Assembly: GCA_050287845.1 (NCBI GenBank)
Contig: JBNKCR010000018.1
Location: forward strand, 15,268-79,267
Direction of reading: 5' to 3'
DNA length: 64,000 nucleotides
Source: Polyangia bacterium
GTDB lineage: Bacteria; Myxococcota_A; Polyangia; JAAYKL01
Numbering within the stretch: the first letter of the stretch is position 1; the number at the start of each line of letters is the position of its first letter. Shown here in pieces: positions 54,661 to 64,000 of this stretch. The notes beneath the pieces were generated by a model. It did no database searches, was not told the DNA's origin, and saw only the letters and a list, made by a program, of their open reading frames with translations. A program made the position numbers and the translations under genes.

Positions 54661-57087
54661 TCAGAGTTGGGAAATGAGCACTTCCCTTTTGTTTACACCG
54701 TTGGCAGGCCCGACCACACCTTCCTTCTCCATAATCTCCACGATTCGTGCGGAACGATTGTAGCCGATTCGAAGCTTTCTTTGCAACATGGAAATGGAAC
54801 AGGTTTGCGCTTCTGCCACGATGGCCACCGCCTGATCGTACATCTCGTCTTTTTCTTCGTCATCAATATCGCTGCCACCCTCATCATCACGGGGTTTCAG
54901 GATTTCTTCGTCGTATTGCGGGAGAGCCTGTTTTTTCAGAAAACCAACCACGTCCGTTACTTCTTCCTCACTGACAAACGCTCCCTGCACCCGTATCGCA
55001 TCCGATGTACCCGGAGGAATAATCAGCATATCCCCGTTGCCCAGAAGATGCTCCGCACCGTTGGTTCCCAGAATGGTCCGGGAATCGATACCACACGACA
55101 CCTGGCAGCTCAATCGCGCCGGGAAGTTCGCCTTGATGAGCCCCGTAACCACGTCCGTGGAGGGACGCTGGGTCGCCACGATGAGATGGATACCCGAAGC
55201 CCTGGCTTTCTGCGCAAGGCGGGCAATTGAATTTTCGACATCTTTGGCCGCCACCATCATGAGGTCCGCCAACTCATCAATACAAATCACGATGAGCGGC
55301 AATTTCTCGGGCAGTTTCTCCGGGGGAACAGTTCGTTCCGCTTCACCGAATTCCACCACATGACCGTCTTCTGTGACAGCCGTCATTGCCGGGTCGGGAT
55401 TGTCCGCCTTTTCTTTGGCCAGCTGCAATATTTTTTCCACTCGCCGATTGTACGATTCGAGATTTTTGGACCCCATGTCCGCGAACAACTGATACCGGCG
55501 TTCCATTTCATCCACCCCCCATTTCAGCGCCAGACACGCCTGGCTCATATCTGTCACCACCGGCAACAACAGGTGAGGGATGTGGTTGTACGGCTGGAAC
55601 TCAATCATTTTCGGGTCAATCAGCAGCAGTCGCAGCTCTTCGGGCGTATGGGTATACAGAAAGCTGAGCAGCATGGTATTGACCGATACCGATTTCCCCG
55701 AGCCGGTAGTACCGGCCATCAGCAGGTGCGGCATTTTGGCCAGGTCCACGCAATACGGTGCGCCGGAAATATCTTTTCCCAACGCCATTGGCAGTTTCGC
55801 ACGGGTCCGGGTGAAACAATCATCTTCAAATATTTCGCGCAACCGAACCATTTCGCGTTCTTTGTTGGGCAATTCAAATCCCACCGCATTCTTGCCGGGA
55901 ATCGGCGCCACAATGCGCACGCGTGTGACTTCAAGCGCCATGGCGATTTCATTTGAAAGACCGCCAATTTTCGACAACTTGGTGCCGGAACGGGGTTGAA
56001 ATTCAAACATGGTCACCACCGGTCCGGGATGGATTTCCTTCACTTCCCCGGTAATACCGAAGTCGGACAGCACTTCCATCAGTTTGACCGCATTCTGCTG
56101 AAGATATGTTTCGTCCACATTGGCAGTTGATATTTCCGGCGCTTCCAGCATTGAAAGTGGCGGAAGCATAAAATTCCCTTTGGCCTGCTGTTCGATGGGG
56201 GGCAGTTCGGATGCCGGCGATGCAGAGGCGGCGGGTTTATTTTTTTTCACAATCCGAGGCTGAACCGCCAAAGCATCCGACGAGTTCTCTGAAACATCAA
56301 CGGCAACATTCAGCTCGTCAGGCGGAGGAGACACAACCTCTTCGCTTGACGATTTATTTGTTCCCGTTCCGGATCTTTTTTGTTTTTTTACAACATCAGT
56401 CGTATTTGATGGAGCCGCGTCGGCCAGGTCGATTTCCTCATCTTCGGGCAATTCCTTTCTCCATGCTTCAATAACACGCCAGAAAAATGTGCCGATAATC
56501 TGCAGTCCCGACAGGAACAACAGACTGATGGAACGACCGACCAGAAAGAGGGAGATATCGGTAATCACCAGAAGCGTGAGAACAATGGCGCCCAGGGAAA
56601 CGATGAATGTCCCCGCGCGGGACAGTATGGAGTTGAGTAATTCTCCCAGCACACCGCCCAGTGCACCGCCACTGGGATGCCCGCCAGCCACCGGTTCGCT
56701 CAGAATCATATGCAGCATAACCGCAGAGAACACCACAATCACCAGACAGCCAGCCGTGCCTTTAACGGTGACCTTATGCGCATAACCGGTAAACAGACAG
56801 CCTGCATACACCCATAGGCATAGATTCACCATGTACGCCGCTGCGCCAAAGGCGCTGAACGTGAAATACGCCAGCCATGTTCCGAACGGACCAACGATGT
56901 TGCCGCCGGCAACGGGGCCACCATCCACTGTCAGACCGTCGTAGGAGAACAGCGCCAGCGCCATCACCAGTGCCGTCAGGGTGACCAGTACGCCGACAAC
57001 CTCGTGTCGTCGGGAGGGCACATCCAGTACGGTGTCATCGGGCAGCTCAAATTCTTCTGAAACCGGGGTCGCGCTACGTTTACTCAT
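54661..57087 (-). CDS. ftsK: DNA translocase FtsK
   Basis: N-terminal TM domain; GPVVT, PIPGK, MPHLLMAGTTGSGKS, IDPK, IDELADLMM, ATQRPS, gamma domain LQRKLRIGYNRSARI. Confidence 0.97.
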   Translation of the reverse strand: MSKRSATPVSEEFELPDDTVLDVPSRRHEVVGVLVTLTALVMALALFSYDGLTVDGGPVAGGNIVGPFGTWLAYFTFSAFGAAAYMVNLCLWVYAGCLFTGYAHKVTVKGTAGCLVIVVFSAVMLHMILSEPVAGGHPSGGALGGVLGELLNSILSRAGTFIVSLGAIVLTLLVITDISLFLVGRSISLLFLSGLQIIGTFFWRVIEAWRKELPEDEEIDLADAAPSNTTDVVKKQKRSGTGTNKSSSEEVVSPPPDELNVAVDVSENSSDALAVQPRIVKKNKPAASASPASELPPIEQQAKGNFMLPPLSMLEAPEISTANVDETYLQQNAVKLMEVLSDFGITGEVKEIHPGPVVTMFEFQPRSGTKLSKIGGLSNEIAMALEVTRVRIVAPIPGKNAVGFELPNKEREMVRLREIFEDDCFTRTRAKLPMALGKDISGAPYCVDLAKMPHLLMAGTTGSGKSVSVNTMLLSFLYTHTPEELRLLLIDPKMIEFQPYNHIPHLLLPVVTDMSQACLALKWGVDEMERRYQLFADMGSKNLESYNRRVEKILQLAKEKADNPDPAMTAVTEDGHVVEFGEAERTVPPEKLPEKLPLIVICIDELADLMMVAAKDVENSIARLAQKARASGIHLIVATQRPSTDVVTGLIKANFPARLSCQVSCGIDSRTILGTNGAEHLLGNGDMLIIPPGTSDAIRVQGAFVSEEEVTDVVGFLKKQALPQYDEEILKPRDDEGGSDIDDEEKDEMYDQAVAIVAEAQTCSISMLQRKLRIGYNRSARIVEIMEKEGVVGPANGVNKREVLISQL

Positions 57088-57333
57088 TTTTTTTCTCCTA
57101 TATCAGAGACAAAATAACGACCAACGAGCATCGAAGTCAAAAAAACGGACGTACGTGTCGGAATATGTATTAAAATATCACACTGAAACCCACACAGGGA
57201 CCGAAGTGAATGATCAAGGGAGCGATTTCCCCATTTATATTTTCTGTGTCGCAGAAGATATATTATGTCAACTGAAATGGAGAGCGAAAAAGTTAAGTGG
57301 ACGCTTTATCCCTGATAACCTATCTGTCCGATT

Positions 57334-58314
57334 TTATTTGAATATTGAGAACAGCTCAAAACTGACGAGACCGCCAATAATGAATTCATCCCGTTCGTCA
57401 TGACGTGTCCAGTCGCTGTACACGGAAATTCGAAATTCCCGGGAAATATGAAACAGATGCTCTCCCAATTCCAGACCGATTGACAATCCGGTCATGAAGC
57501 CCGGATCGATACCCACGTTACTGGATACGGTTTTTCGGGAACTTTGAATGAGCGTTGTTTCAATGCTGTACACCATGAACCCGGCACCCATCTGTGCGTT
57601 CACAAAAAATGCTTTGCGATAAAATTCAGCGAAAGCCATGCAATGGAGTCGATTTTTTTTCGACAGGACCTTGATCACGGCGCTTTTTCGGGTGTTTTCA
57701 CTTGAAAAATACACATACCCCAGATTCAACCCGAATCTGAATGAACTCAGTTCAACAACGCGAGTCATCAGCCCCAGGCCCAGTGAAACACCCGTATCAA
57801 ACGTGTTGCGCACATCGGCTTTCTCATGAAAACCACCCCCAATCAATGCATTGGCCGCCAATGCTATTCCCAGTACCGAACTCGACCGGGGTTCCTGTGC
57901 CGTAGCCACCGTTTCGGTCTGACTGCCCGGGTCAGAAGCTTCTGCGGAGACAGCCGTTGGCACTGGCGGACTGGTGTCTGAAGCAGGAACCTCGCTCTGG
58001 ACAATTGTTTCCGAATCGGTATCCGGCTCCTCCGAATTCACCGGAGACAACGCTGATTCATCGGTGGATGCAGTATCAGTGACAGATGCGGTATCTGCTT
58101 CGGATGCCTCTGGAGATATACCGGATTGCAACTCGCCTTCACCATTCTGAGTATTTATATCGTCTTTTGAAGCGGTGACGCCTGCATCTGATGTCGCTGC
58201 ATCATCTCCCTCTGTCAAACGGGATCCATCTTCGGTCTGTGCCATGGCAACGAAAGGAGAACTCAGAATAATAATTAATAATGGCAATAAATTACAGGGT
58301 AAATTCACAGGCAC
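57334..58314 (-). CDS. Secreted protein: acidic low-complexity N-region + probable outer-membrane beta-barrel
   Basis: Signal peptide ending AMA; D/E/S/T/P-rich linker; alternating beta-strand pattern with terminal aromatic residues. Confidence 0.65.
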   Translation of the reverse strand: MPVNLPCNLLPLLIIILSSPFVAMAQTEDGSRLTEGDDAATSDAGVTASKDDINTQNGEGELQSGISPEASEADTASVTDTASTDESALSPVNSEEPDTDSETIVQSEVPASDTSPPVPTAVSAEASDPGSQTETVATAQEPRSSSVLGIALAANALIGGGFHEKADVRNTFDTGVSLGLGLMTRVVELSSFRFGLNLGYVYFSSENTRKSAVIKVLSKKNRLHCMAFAEFYRKAFFVNAQMGAGFMVYSIETTLIQSSRKTVSSNVGIDPGFMTGLSIGLELGEHLFHISREFRISVYSDWTRHDERDEFIIGGLVSFELFSIFK

Positions 58315-59474
58315 CCTTCCACTTCGTCGTAATGAATCGCAAAACGTTCAAGCAAAACATCGCAGGCGATTTGTTTTTGTGCAGGAGTAAGCTGGATCAT
58401 TAATTCGCTGAAGAAATCCGCCGGTTCAAAAAACTTGACCGTCCCGGCCCCCAGCTGAAACAGCGCGTTGTAAGTGAATCGGGCCATGGCTTTACGCATG
58501 GCGGGACCGGGAATTGCGGAGCCATTCGGATCAAACCCCTGAAACCGACGCCCTATTTCATATACCGCCGCCGAAATAAACGCACCGATTTCGTATGGAT
58601 CCAGAGATCCGCCCCATACTGTGTTCATAATGTTCTCATCAAATGATGCGGTATAGAGGATTACTTCAGATGCATCCCGGGTGACCGCCCAGTGCTGGAT
58701 GGACGACGTGATGAAATCCGGATCGCCGGTCAGCGCCACCGCAAAAATATCCGCGATTCCTTCGTTCAACGCCCACAGATAATTATCGTATATTGTTGTC
58801 TGGTTCGTTGTGGCCGGTGGCATTTTATCGTAAATCAACTCCTGGAAAACCGCATGGGAGTACTCATGGGCAATCACCCCCGGATTCATTGACAGGGGGA
58901 CACCATCCACCAGCGCGTAGGACAGGTCGAACGGCAGTACGTAGAATCCCCGGTCCGTTTCGGATATGGGGAGGTAAAACGCGTTATCCACGCTTTTTTC
59001 ATTTTGTGTCCAATCATCACTGTATATTTCAAGAACATCGGCCCGATAATAGGTATCAAGGTCGCCGAGGGCTCCCTTCGGCATACCGATGGATTCGAAA
59101 AACAGCATGGATTGCTCAATGTTATAATACACCGACACCATCGCCAGCGAATCGAAATCCACCGGATAATACACATTATCCGCCTGTATGGCGTTGAATG
59201 CCACCGGCGTTCCGACGCGGTTCCAGCGGACCATTCCCGAGAGATAGTCGAGCTCAATGGACACGCCGCCGAGCAATGTTGTCGCCCTGCCTTCGAGCTT
59301 TCCGACATTTTCCAGGGTGTGAATGGTTTCAACCTTCAGCACCATCTCATCGGACACCGGATCGTAGGACAGAATTTCAACCTTGTATGGTGTTTCGTCG
59401 CAGGACAGTTGCCACAGTGCCAATACAATGAATGAAAAAGCATGTAATATGGTATGTAGGCTCATCAGTTTCAT
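58305..59474 (-). CDS. Zinc metallopeptidase lipoprotein (thermolysin/M4-M36-like gluzincin)
   Basis: Lipobox-like QLSC; DNAFY; IAHEYSH; ALNEGIAD. Confidence 0.8.
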   Translation of the reverse strand: MKLMSLHTILHAFSFIVLALWQLSCDETPYKVEILSYDPVSDEMVLKVETIHTLENVGKLEGRATTLLGGVSIELDYLSGMVRWNRVGTPVAFNAIQADNVYYPVDFDSLAMVSVYYNIEQSMLFFESIGMPKGALGDLDTYYRADVLEIYSDDWTQNEKSVDNAFYLPISETDRGFYVLPFDLSYALVDGVPLSMNPGVIAHEYSHAVFQELIYDKMPPATTNQTTIYDNYLWALNEGIADIFAVALTGDPDFITSSIQHWAVTRDASEVILYTASFDENIMNTVWGGSLDPYEIGAFISAAVYEIGRRFQGFDPNGSAIPGPAMRKAMARFTYNALFQLGAGTVKFFEPADFFSELMIQLTPAQKQIACDVLLERFAIHYDEVEGCL

Positions 59475-59541
59475 AGTAAGTATTTCCTAATCCAATTTCT
59501 CGAATATGAAAACGAAAAGGTGCTTTTCCTTCACTAATTAA

Positions 59542-59569
59542 TTTACATTCGAGTCGCCATGACTAAAAT
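59542..59569 (+). promoter_or_regulatory. Putative sigma70 promoter of lepA
   Basis: TTTACA-N16-TAAAAT in the divergent intergenic region. Confidence 0.4.
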
Positions 59570-59617
59570 CGCTGCGGCTTCACGGCCCACCGCTGTGTAA
59601 CAGCAAGGAGATCTTCA

Positions 59618-61423
59618 TTGAAATTATCATTAACCAGGAACTTCTGCATCATTGCACATATTGATCATGGCAAATCCACGCTCGCGGACCGGATTCTAGA
59701 AAAAACCGGCGCGGTCGATGAGCGCAGTCGGAAAGATCAGTACCTAGATAAAATGGATTTGGAGAGGGAACGCGGAATCACCATTAAGGCGCAGACTGCA
59801 CGACTCCAGTACCGCGCTCTGGATGGCCAGACATACACATTGAACCTCATCGATACACCCGGTCATGTGGATTTCAATTATGAGGTTGAACGCGCCCTGG
59901 AAGCCTGTGAGGGCGCCCTTCTTCTGGTGGATGCCACCCAGGGAGTTCAGGCCCAGACCCTGGCCAACGCCTATCTGGCCATTAATTCAAATCTCGAAGT
60001 CATTCCAGTGCTTAACAAAATCGACGTCAATGGGGCCGATGTGGATGGTTCCCTCCAGCAGATAGAAGAAGTGCTCGGACTGGAAACCGAAGGCGCGCTG
60101 AAGATTTCAGCCAAGACCGGTGAAGGTGTTGAAGACGTTCTCGAGGCCATTGTAAAACGCATGCCACCACCGGTGGCGCACGAAGATGAAGAGCATGTCC
60201 GCGCACTGATATTTGACTCCTGGTATGACACCTATAGAGGGGCGGTTGTGCTGGTTCGCCTTTTCAGCGGCGAGCTGCGCAAGGGAATGAAAGTGGACTT
60301 CATGGCCACCGGCAAACGCTATGAAATATCTGAAGTGGGCGCCTTCAGTCCTGAGCCGGTGAAGCTGAACGTGTTGACCAGCGGTGACGTGGGGTATGTC
60401 ATCTGCACCATTAAATCGGTACATGAAACAAAAATCGGCGATACAATTACTGCATCCGATAAGCCCGTGGACAAGCCATTGGCCGGATTCAGAGAGAGCA
60501 AGCCGATGGTATTCTGCGGCGTATTCCCCACGGATCCGGGGCAATATGATGAACTGCGCGACTCCATGGACAAGCTCATCCTGAATGATTCCTCGTTCGT
60601 GTTTGAACCCGAGACTTCCGAGGCGCTGGGATTTGGATTCCGATGCGGATTTCTCGGGCTGCTGCACATGGAAATCATTCAGGAACGCCTTGAACGCGAA
60701 TACGATCTGGACATTGTGACCACGGCGCCAACCGTAGTGTACAAAGTTTCTCACAAGGATGGACGTGTCATTGAAATTGACAACCCGGCGCACCTGCCGC
60801 CATCCGGAGACATTGTTAAAATAGAAGAACCGTATATCCGGACCTTCATTCACGTCCCCCAGGATTATGTGGGGCCGGTGATGAAATTATGTCAGGACCG
60901 CCGAGGAGAACAGCAGAGTCTGGACTACGCCGGCCCGGGTCGGATTATTCTGGTGTATCTGTTGCCCATGGCCGAAGTTCTTTTTGACTTCTTTGACAAA
61001 TTGAAATCGGTATCCAAAGGGTATGCGTCCATGGATTACGAAATTGTGGGTCATCGGCCCAACGATCTGGTGCGCCTGGATATTCTCGTGAACGGCGATC
61101 CGGTAGATGCCCTGTTTGCCATTGTGCACCGGGACAGCGCCTATCATATTGGCACCGAATTGACCCGGAAATTGAAAGAGCTGATCCCCAGGCAACAGTA
61201 CCAGGTGGCGGTGCAGGCGGCCATCGGTAGCCGGGTCGTTTCGCGAACCAACGTGAAGGCGCTGCGAAAGAATGTGACCGCAAAGTGCTATGGTGGTGAT
61301 ATTTCGCGAAAACGGAAGCTTCTGGAAAAACAGAAAGAAGGAAAGAAGCGAATGAAAGCGGTCGGGAAAGTCGAGATTCCCCAGGAAGCATTTCTTTCTC
61401 TTTTAAAAATCGAAGACCGCTGA
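59618..61423 (+). CDS. lepA: Elongation factor 4 (LepA)
   Basis: [65 protein letters not shown] start with AGGAG RBS. Confidence 0.98.
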   Translation: MKLSLTRNFCIIAHIDHGKSTLADRILEKTGAVDERSRKDQYLDKMDLERERGITIKAQTARLQYRALDGQTYTLNLIDTPGHVDFNYEVERALEACEGALLLVDATQGVQAQTLANAYLAINSNLEVIPVLNKIDVNGADVDGSLQQIEEVLGLETEGALKISAKTGEGVEDVLEAIVKRMPPPVAHEDEEHVRALIFDSWYDTYRGAVVLVRLFSGELRKGMKVDFMATGKRYEISEVGAFSPEPVKLNVLTSGDVGYVICTIKSVHETKIGDTITASDKPVDKPLAGFRESKPMVFCGVFPTDPGQYDELRDSMDKLILNDSSFVFEPETSEALGFGFRCGFLGLLHMEIIQERLEREYDLDIVTTAPTVVYKVSHKDGRVIEIDNPAHLPPSGDIVKIEEPYIRTFIHVPQDYVGPVMKLCQDRRGEQQSLDYAGPGRIILVYLLPMAEVLFDFFDKLKSVSKGYASMDYEIVGHRPNDLVRLDILVNGDPVDALFAIVHRDSAYHIGTELTRKLKELIPRQQYQVAVQAAIGSRVVSRTNVKALRKNVTAKCYGGDISRKRKLLEKQKEGKKRMKAVGKVEIPQEAFLSLLKIEDR

Positions 61424-61500
61424 AATCTATAGCTATTTCCATTGCAATACTGCACTTTTAGGCTACCATGCCTTCTGCCTGCCCCCCAAACCGTGAAAGA

Positions 61501-62841
61501 ATGGAGTATCGCATGCCCCTGGGATTCATCCGCCATCATCTGTTGAATGAGTTGTTGAGTCTGCCCGGACTGATTGAACAGGTACAGTCACTGCCCACTG
61601 AAACGTTTCATCAGATGATTCAGCAAATTGGTCTTGAAGATTGCGGCGAGCTGATTTCACTGGCCACCAACCGTCAGTTGGAGTCGCTTTTCGATGCGGA
61701 TCTGTGGAAGAACAGTGCGCCTGGGGAAACGGAGCATTTTGACAGCACTCGCTTTGCCCTGTGGCTGGAAGTGCTGATGGAAGCCGGAGCTGATATTGCC
61801 GTTGAGAAAATATGCGAAATGGATGAGGAATTGCTTGTCTACGCCCTCTCCAGCGAGCTGCTGGTCATTCCCAGCGAGAGTCTGATGCAATTTTTTCAGG
61901 AGGCAACGGATAATGCAAAACAGGTTGATATTCTGCTCGAAAGTTGCCTGTACGAGGATTTGTACGAATATCAGGTAATTTCCCGCAATCCGGACAGTTG
62001 GGATTCGTTTCTGGAATTGCTCGTTTCAATGGATAAATCGCATCACGATTTGCTGATTGAACTGCTGGATCAATTGTCTTATCTGGGAAATCAGTATGTC
62101 GAAGAGGACACATTACATACCGTGCTGTCTGAAATCGATGCCATGGAAGTGAATCTGCAGGACAAACGGGACTCTCGCAGAACCCGCAAAGGCTATGTGA
62201 ACAGCACGGATGCCAAAGCTTTCCTCGAGCTGGCCCATCATTATTCCGTGGAAGATATTCTGGATTCAACGAATCGCGATGCCATCACCAAATCGTATTT
62301 TCGCACATTTCGCCCCGCTTCGGAGTCAGACGGTTCCGTCTCATCGCCGGTTGTCTCCCGGATTGTGGAGGTGTTGAATCAGTCGTCACCGGAATCTTCA
62401 ACCGTGTCGTCTGAAAGATTGCTGGCAGGCGACGTCGCTGATAATCAAACGATGCTGCTGGTGGCGTTGCGCCGCCTCGCCGCCACTGCCGGAGACCTGT
62501 ATTTCCAACGAATGAGCGAACTGAGCTACCTGGGAAATCTCGTGGCGGCGGGATGTTCCCTGGATGGTCGCCGAATGCGCAGCGTGGAGGCATCCAACGC
62601 CGTGCTGGCTACCTGTGCCCTTGGCCTGGACAAGGCGATGCAGCGAAATGGCACTCCCCTGACAGTTGAAACCGTACAGGCACATCTGGCGCGCGTGGCA
62701 ATGGAAAGGCTGTTTCTTCTCGGATGGAAGCTGCTGCCGACTTCCCCCGGAAAACGCGCGTTTCCCCATAGCCGCCAGGGCACGCACACCAACCAGGTTT
62801 CCTTTATCGACAGTTTGGAGAAGCTCGAATCCCGCAGTTGA
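61501..62841 (+). CDS. DUF6178-like protein (myxobacterial-type, function unknown)
   Basis: VQSLP.E.F..I..IGLEDCGELISLA..Q...LFDADLW; R..R....GYV; ELSYLGN; family assigned from memory; start uncertain. Confidence 0.65.
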   Translation: MEYRMPLGFIRHHLLNELLSLPGLIEQVQSLPTETFHQMIQQIGLEDCGELISLATNRQLESLFDADLWKNSAPGETEHFDSTRFALWLEVLMEAGADIAVEKICEMDEELLVYALSSELLVIPSESLMQFFQEATDNAKQVDILLESCLYEDLYEYQVISRNPDSWDSFLELLVSMDKSHHDLLIELLDQLSYLGNQYVEEDTLHTVLSEIDAMEVNLQDKRDSRRTRKGYVNSTDAKAFLELAHHYSVEDILDSTNRDAITKSYFRTFRPASESDGSVSSPVVSRIVEVLNQSSPESSTVSSERLLAGDVADNQTMLLVALRRLAATAGDLYFQRMSELSYLGNLVAAGCSLDGRRMRSVEASNAVLATCALGLDKAMQRNGTPLTVETVQAHLARVAMERLFLLGWKLLPTSPGKRAFPHSRQGTHTNQVSFIDSLEKLESRS

Positions 62842-62857
62842 CATCCCGTTGTTCGGG

Positions 62858-63625
62858 CTATTCTTCGAAGGGATCTTCCATGAAGCGGATGGCATTGGCG
62901 CCGGTAATCCATTCGGTGCGCGTTTCTTCGTCAGCCAGGCTGTCCATGAGGGTAACCACGATGATTCTGCCGTAGCCTTCTTTATATATCAGTCCGGCGG
63001 ATCCGATTGGTTTATCCGAAAAATCCGTTACAGGCTGAAAGGTGCCGGTGGTGTATTGGGACGCATTGAACCGGGAGGATGCCTCCGAACCGGGATGGTC
63101 CTGAATATCGGACACCAGGTTCGCGCCGTTGAGTCGAATGATGACATTCATCAATTCATTTGCGGTCGATGCGTTTCCGCCATTTTCAGCCGTTCCCACA
63201 TTTTCGCCGGGCAACACCTTGATTCGGACCTCTACCTTACCGGATTTGGCCACCAGACCAATGTTATACTCCCAGTAATTGTTCTGTACCGGTTCCACTT
63301 TTTCAAATTTATCGGGAACAGCAAAATCTATCCGTGTTTCCGCAAGCAACGCTGCCAGTTCCCGGGAGAAGCCCTTATCCAGATAGCCGATGCGCAGCTC
63401 TTCGATGACGGCGAGTTCCAATGATTTTTTTTCTTCAATCTCGTTCACTTCTTCAGCGGCCGGCGATGGGTCATCTTCGGCGGCAGTGCTGGATTGAGTT
63501 GCCTCCGATTCAACTTCAGGTTCGTTTTTCTGTAGCGTGCTGCTCTGTTGGGCCGGTGCACCGCCACAGGCGAACGCCCATGGCAATCCCACAATCAACA
63601 ATAGTATCGTCTTTAAATCTGTCAT
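62858..63625 (-). CDS. Hypothetical lipoprotein
   Basis: MTDLK..WAFAC lipobox; acidic linker; GGGAG upstream. Confidence 0.65.
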   Translation of the reverse strand: MTDLKTILLLIVGLPWAFACGGAPAQQSSTLQKNEPEVESEATQSSTAAEDDPSPAAEEVNEIEEKKSLELAVIEELRIGYLDKGFSRELAALLAETRIDFAVPDKFEKVEPVQNNYWEYNIGLVAKSGKVEVRIKVLPGENVGTAENGGNASTANELMNVIIRLNGANLVSDIQDHPGSEASSRFNASQYTTGTFQPVTDFSDKPIGSAGLIYKEGYGRIIVVTLMDSLADEETRTEWITGANAIRFMEDPFEE

Positions 63626-63810
63626 CGACTCACTCCCTGATGGATATTCTTTCAAGTGCAATACATAGAATTCCCTTCCCGCACATTACGTGAAAGCCAC
63701 CATTTCAGCTACATGAAATTGGGAGAACAGAAGAATTCTCATTCAGGCCGAATCAATGAACCGTTGATGGTGAGGAGAGATTGCGACAATCAAGTCCGAA
63801 TGGCGGGAGG

Positions 63811-63994
63811 CTAGAGCGGCGACCGGTTTGACTCCTTGCTGCAATCGCAGTAATTCGGCATCTTTGCGCTTTCGTCCTCAGTCCCTCGGTCGATGTAGCT
63901 ATGGCTACACCTCGTTCGGGCCTTGCGGGCGCGCAGCAAAGTTGCTCGTATTCCCGCGATTTCGCTGGCGGAACCAAACCGATCGCCGCTCTAG
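63811..63994. repeat. 184-bp palindromic MITE/REP-like element bounded by CTAG
   Basis: Terminal inverted repeat CTAGAGCGGCGA(C/T)CGGTTTG (19/20 match); arms keep pairing imperfectly up to a central TGTAGC-TATG-GCTACA hairpin. Confidence 0.85.
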
Positions 63995-64000
63995 TCGTCA

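Noticed and set aside
63811..63994. 6S RNA (similar length and rod shape)
   Set aside because: No large central bubble is evident, and near-perfect CTAG-ended terminal repeats fit a MITE-like repeat better; not formally excluded without an Rfam scan.
1..64000. CRISPR arrays, tRNA/rRNA genes, transposases, prophage or defence genes
   Set aside because: No regularly spaced repeats, cloverleaf/T-loop signatures or matching protein motifs were seen by eye; intergenic regions are short.

Overview
A dense bacterial chromosome segment of roughly 52-53% GC (estimated by eye). It most likely comes from an anaerobic, flagellated Myxococcota/deltaproteobacterial organism. That placement is inferred from a Myxococcus-type LexA, a DUF6178-like protein, a Cys-rich lipoprotein and giant TPR proteins, found together with 2-oxoacid:ferredoxin oxidoreductase and flagellar genes. 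Housekeeping genes include leuS, map, trxC, nadE, ilvE, rlpA, hisG, hisI, an FKBP PPIase, lexA, pepF, ftsK and lepA. Other blocks are: a tightly coupled 5-gene atypical signalling operon (6468-12578); a tandem active/inactive pair of DUF3857-transglutaminase-TPR giants; a flagellar filament cluster (flaG-fliD-fliS-orf-orf-fliC-fliS) with sigma28 and sigma54 promoters; a VOR-type oxidoreductase operon followed by two orphan Fe-S genes; two paralogous membrane PAS kinases; and a 184-bp CTAG-bounded palindromic element at the right edge. No rRNA, tRNA, CRISPR array or transposase was seen. The most notable observations are a LexA with both catalytic residues replaced (Ser to Ala, Lys to Arg) but an intact Ala-Gly site, the non-canonical sigma54 phosphorelay operon, and several further predicted pseudo-enzymes.
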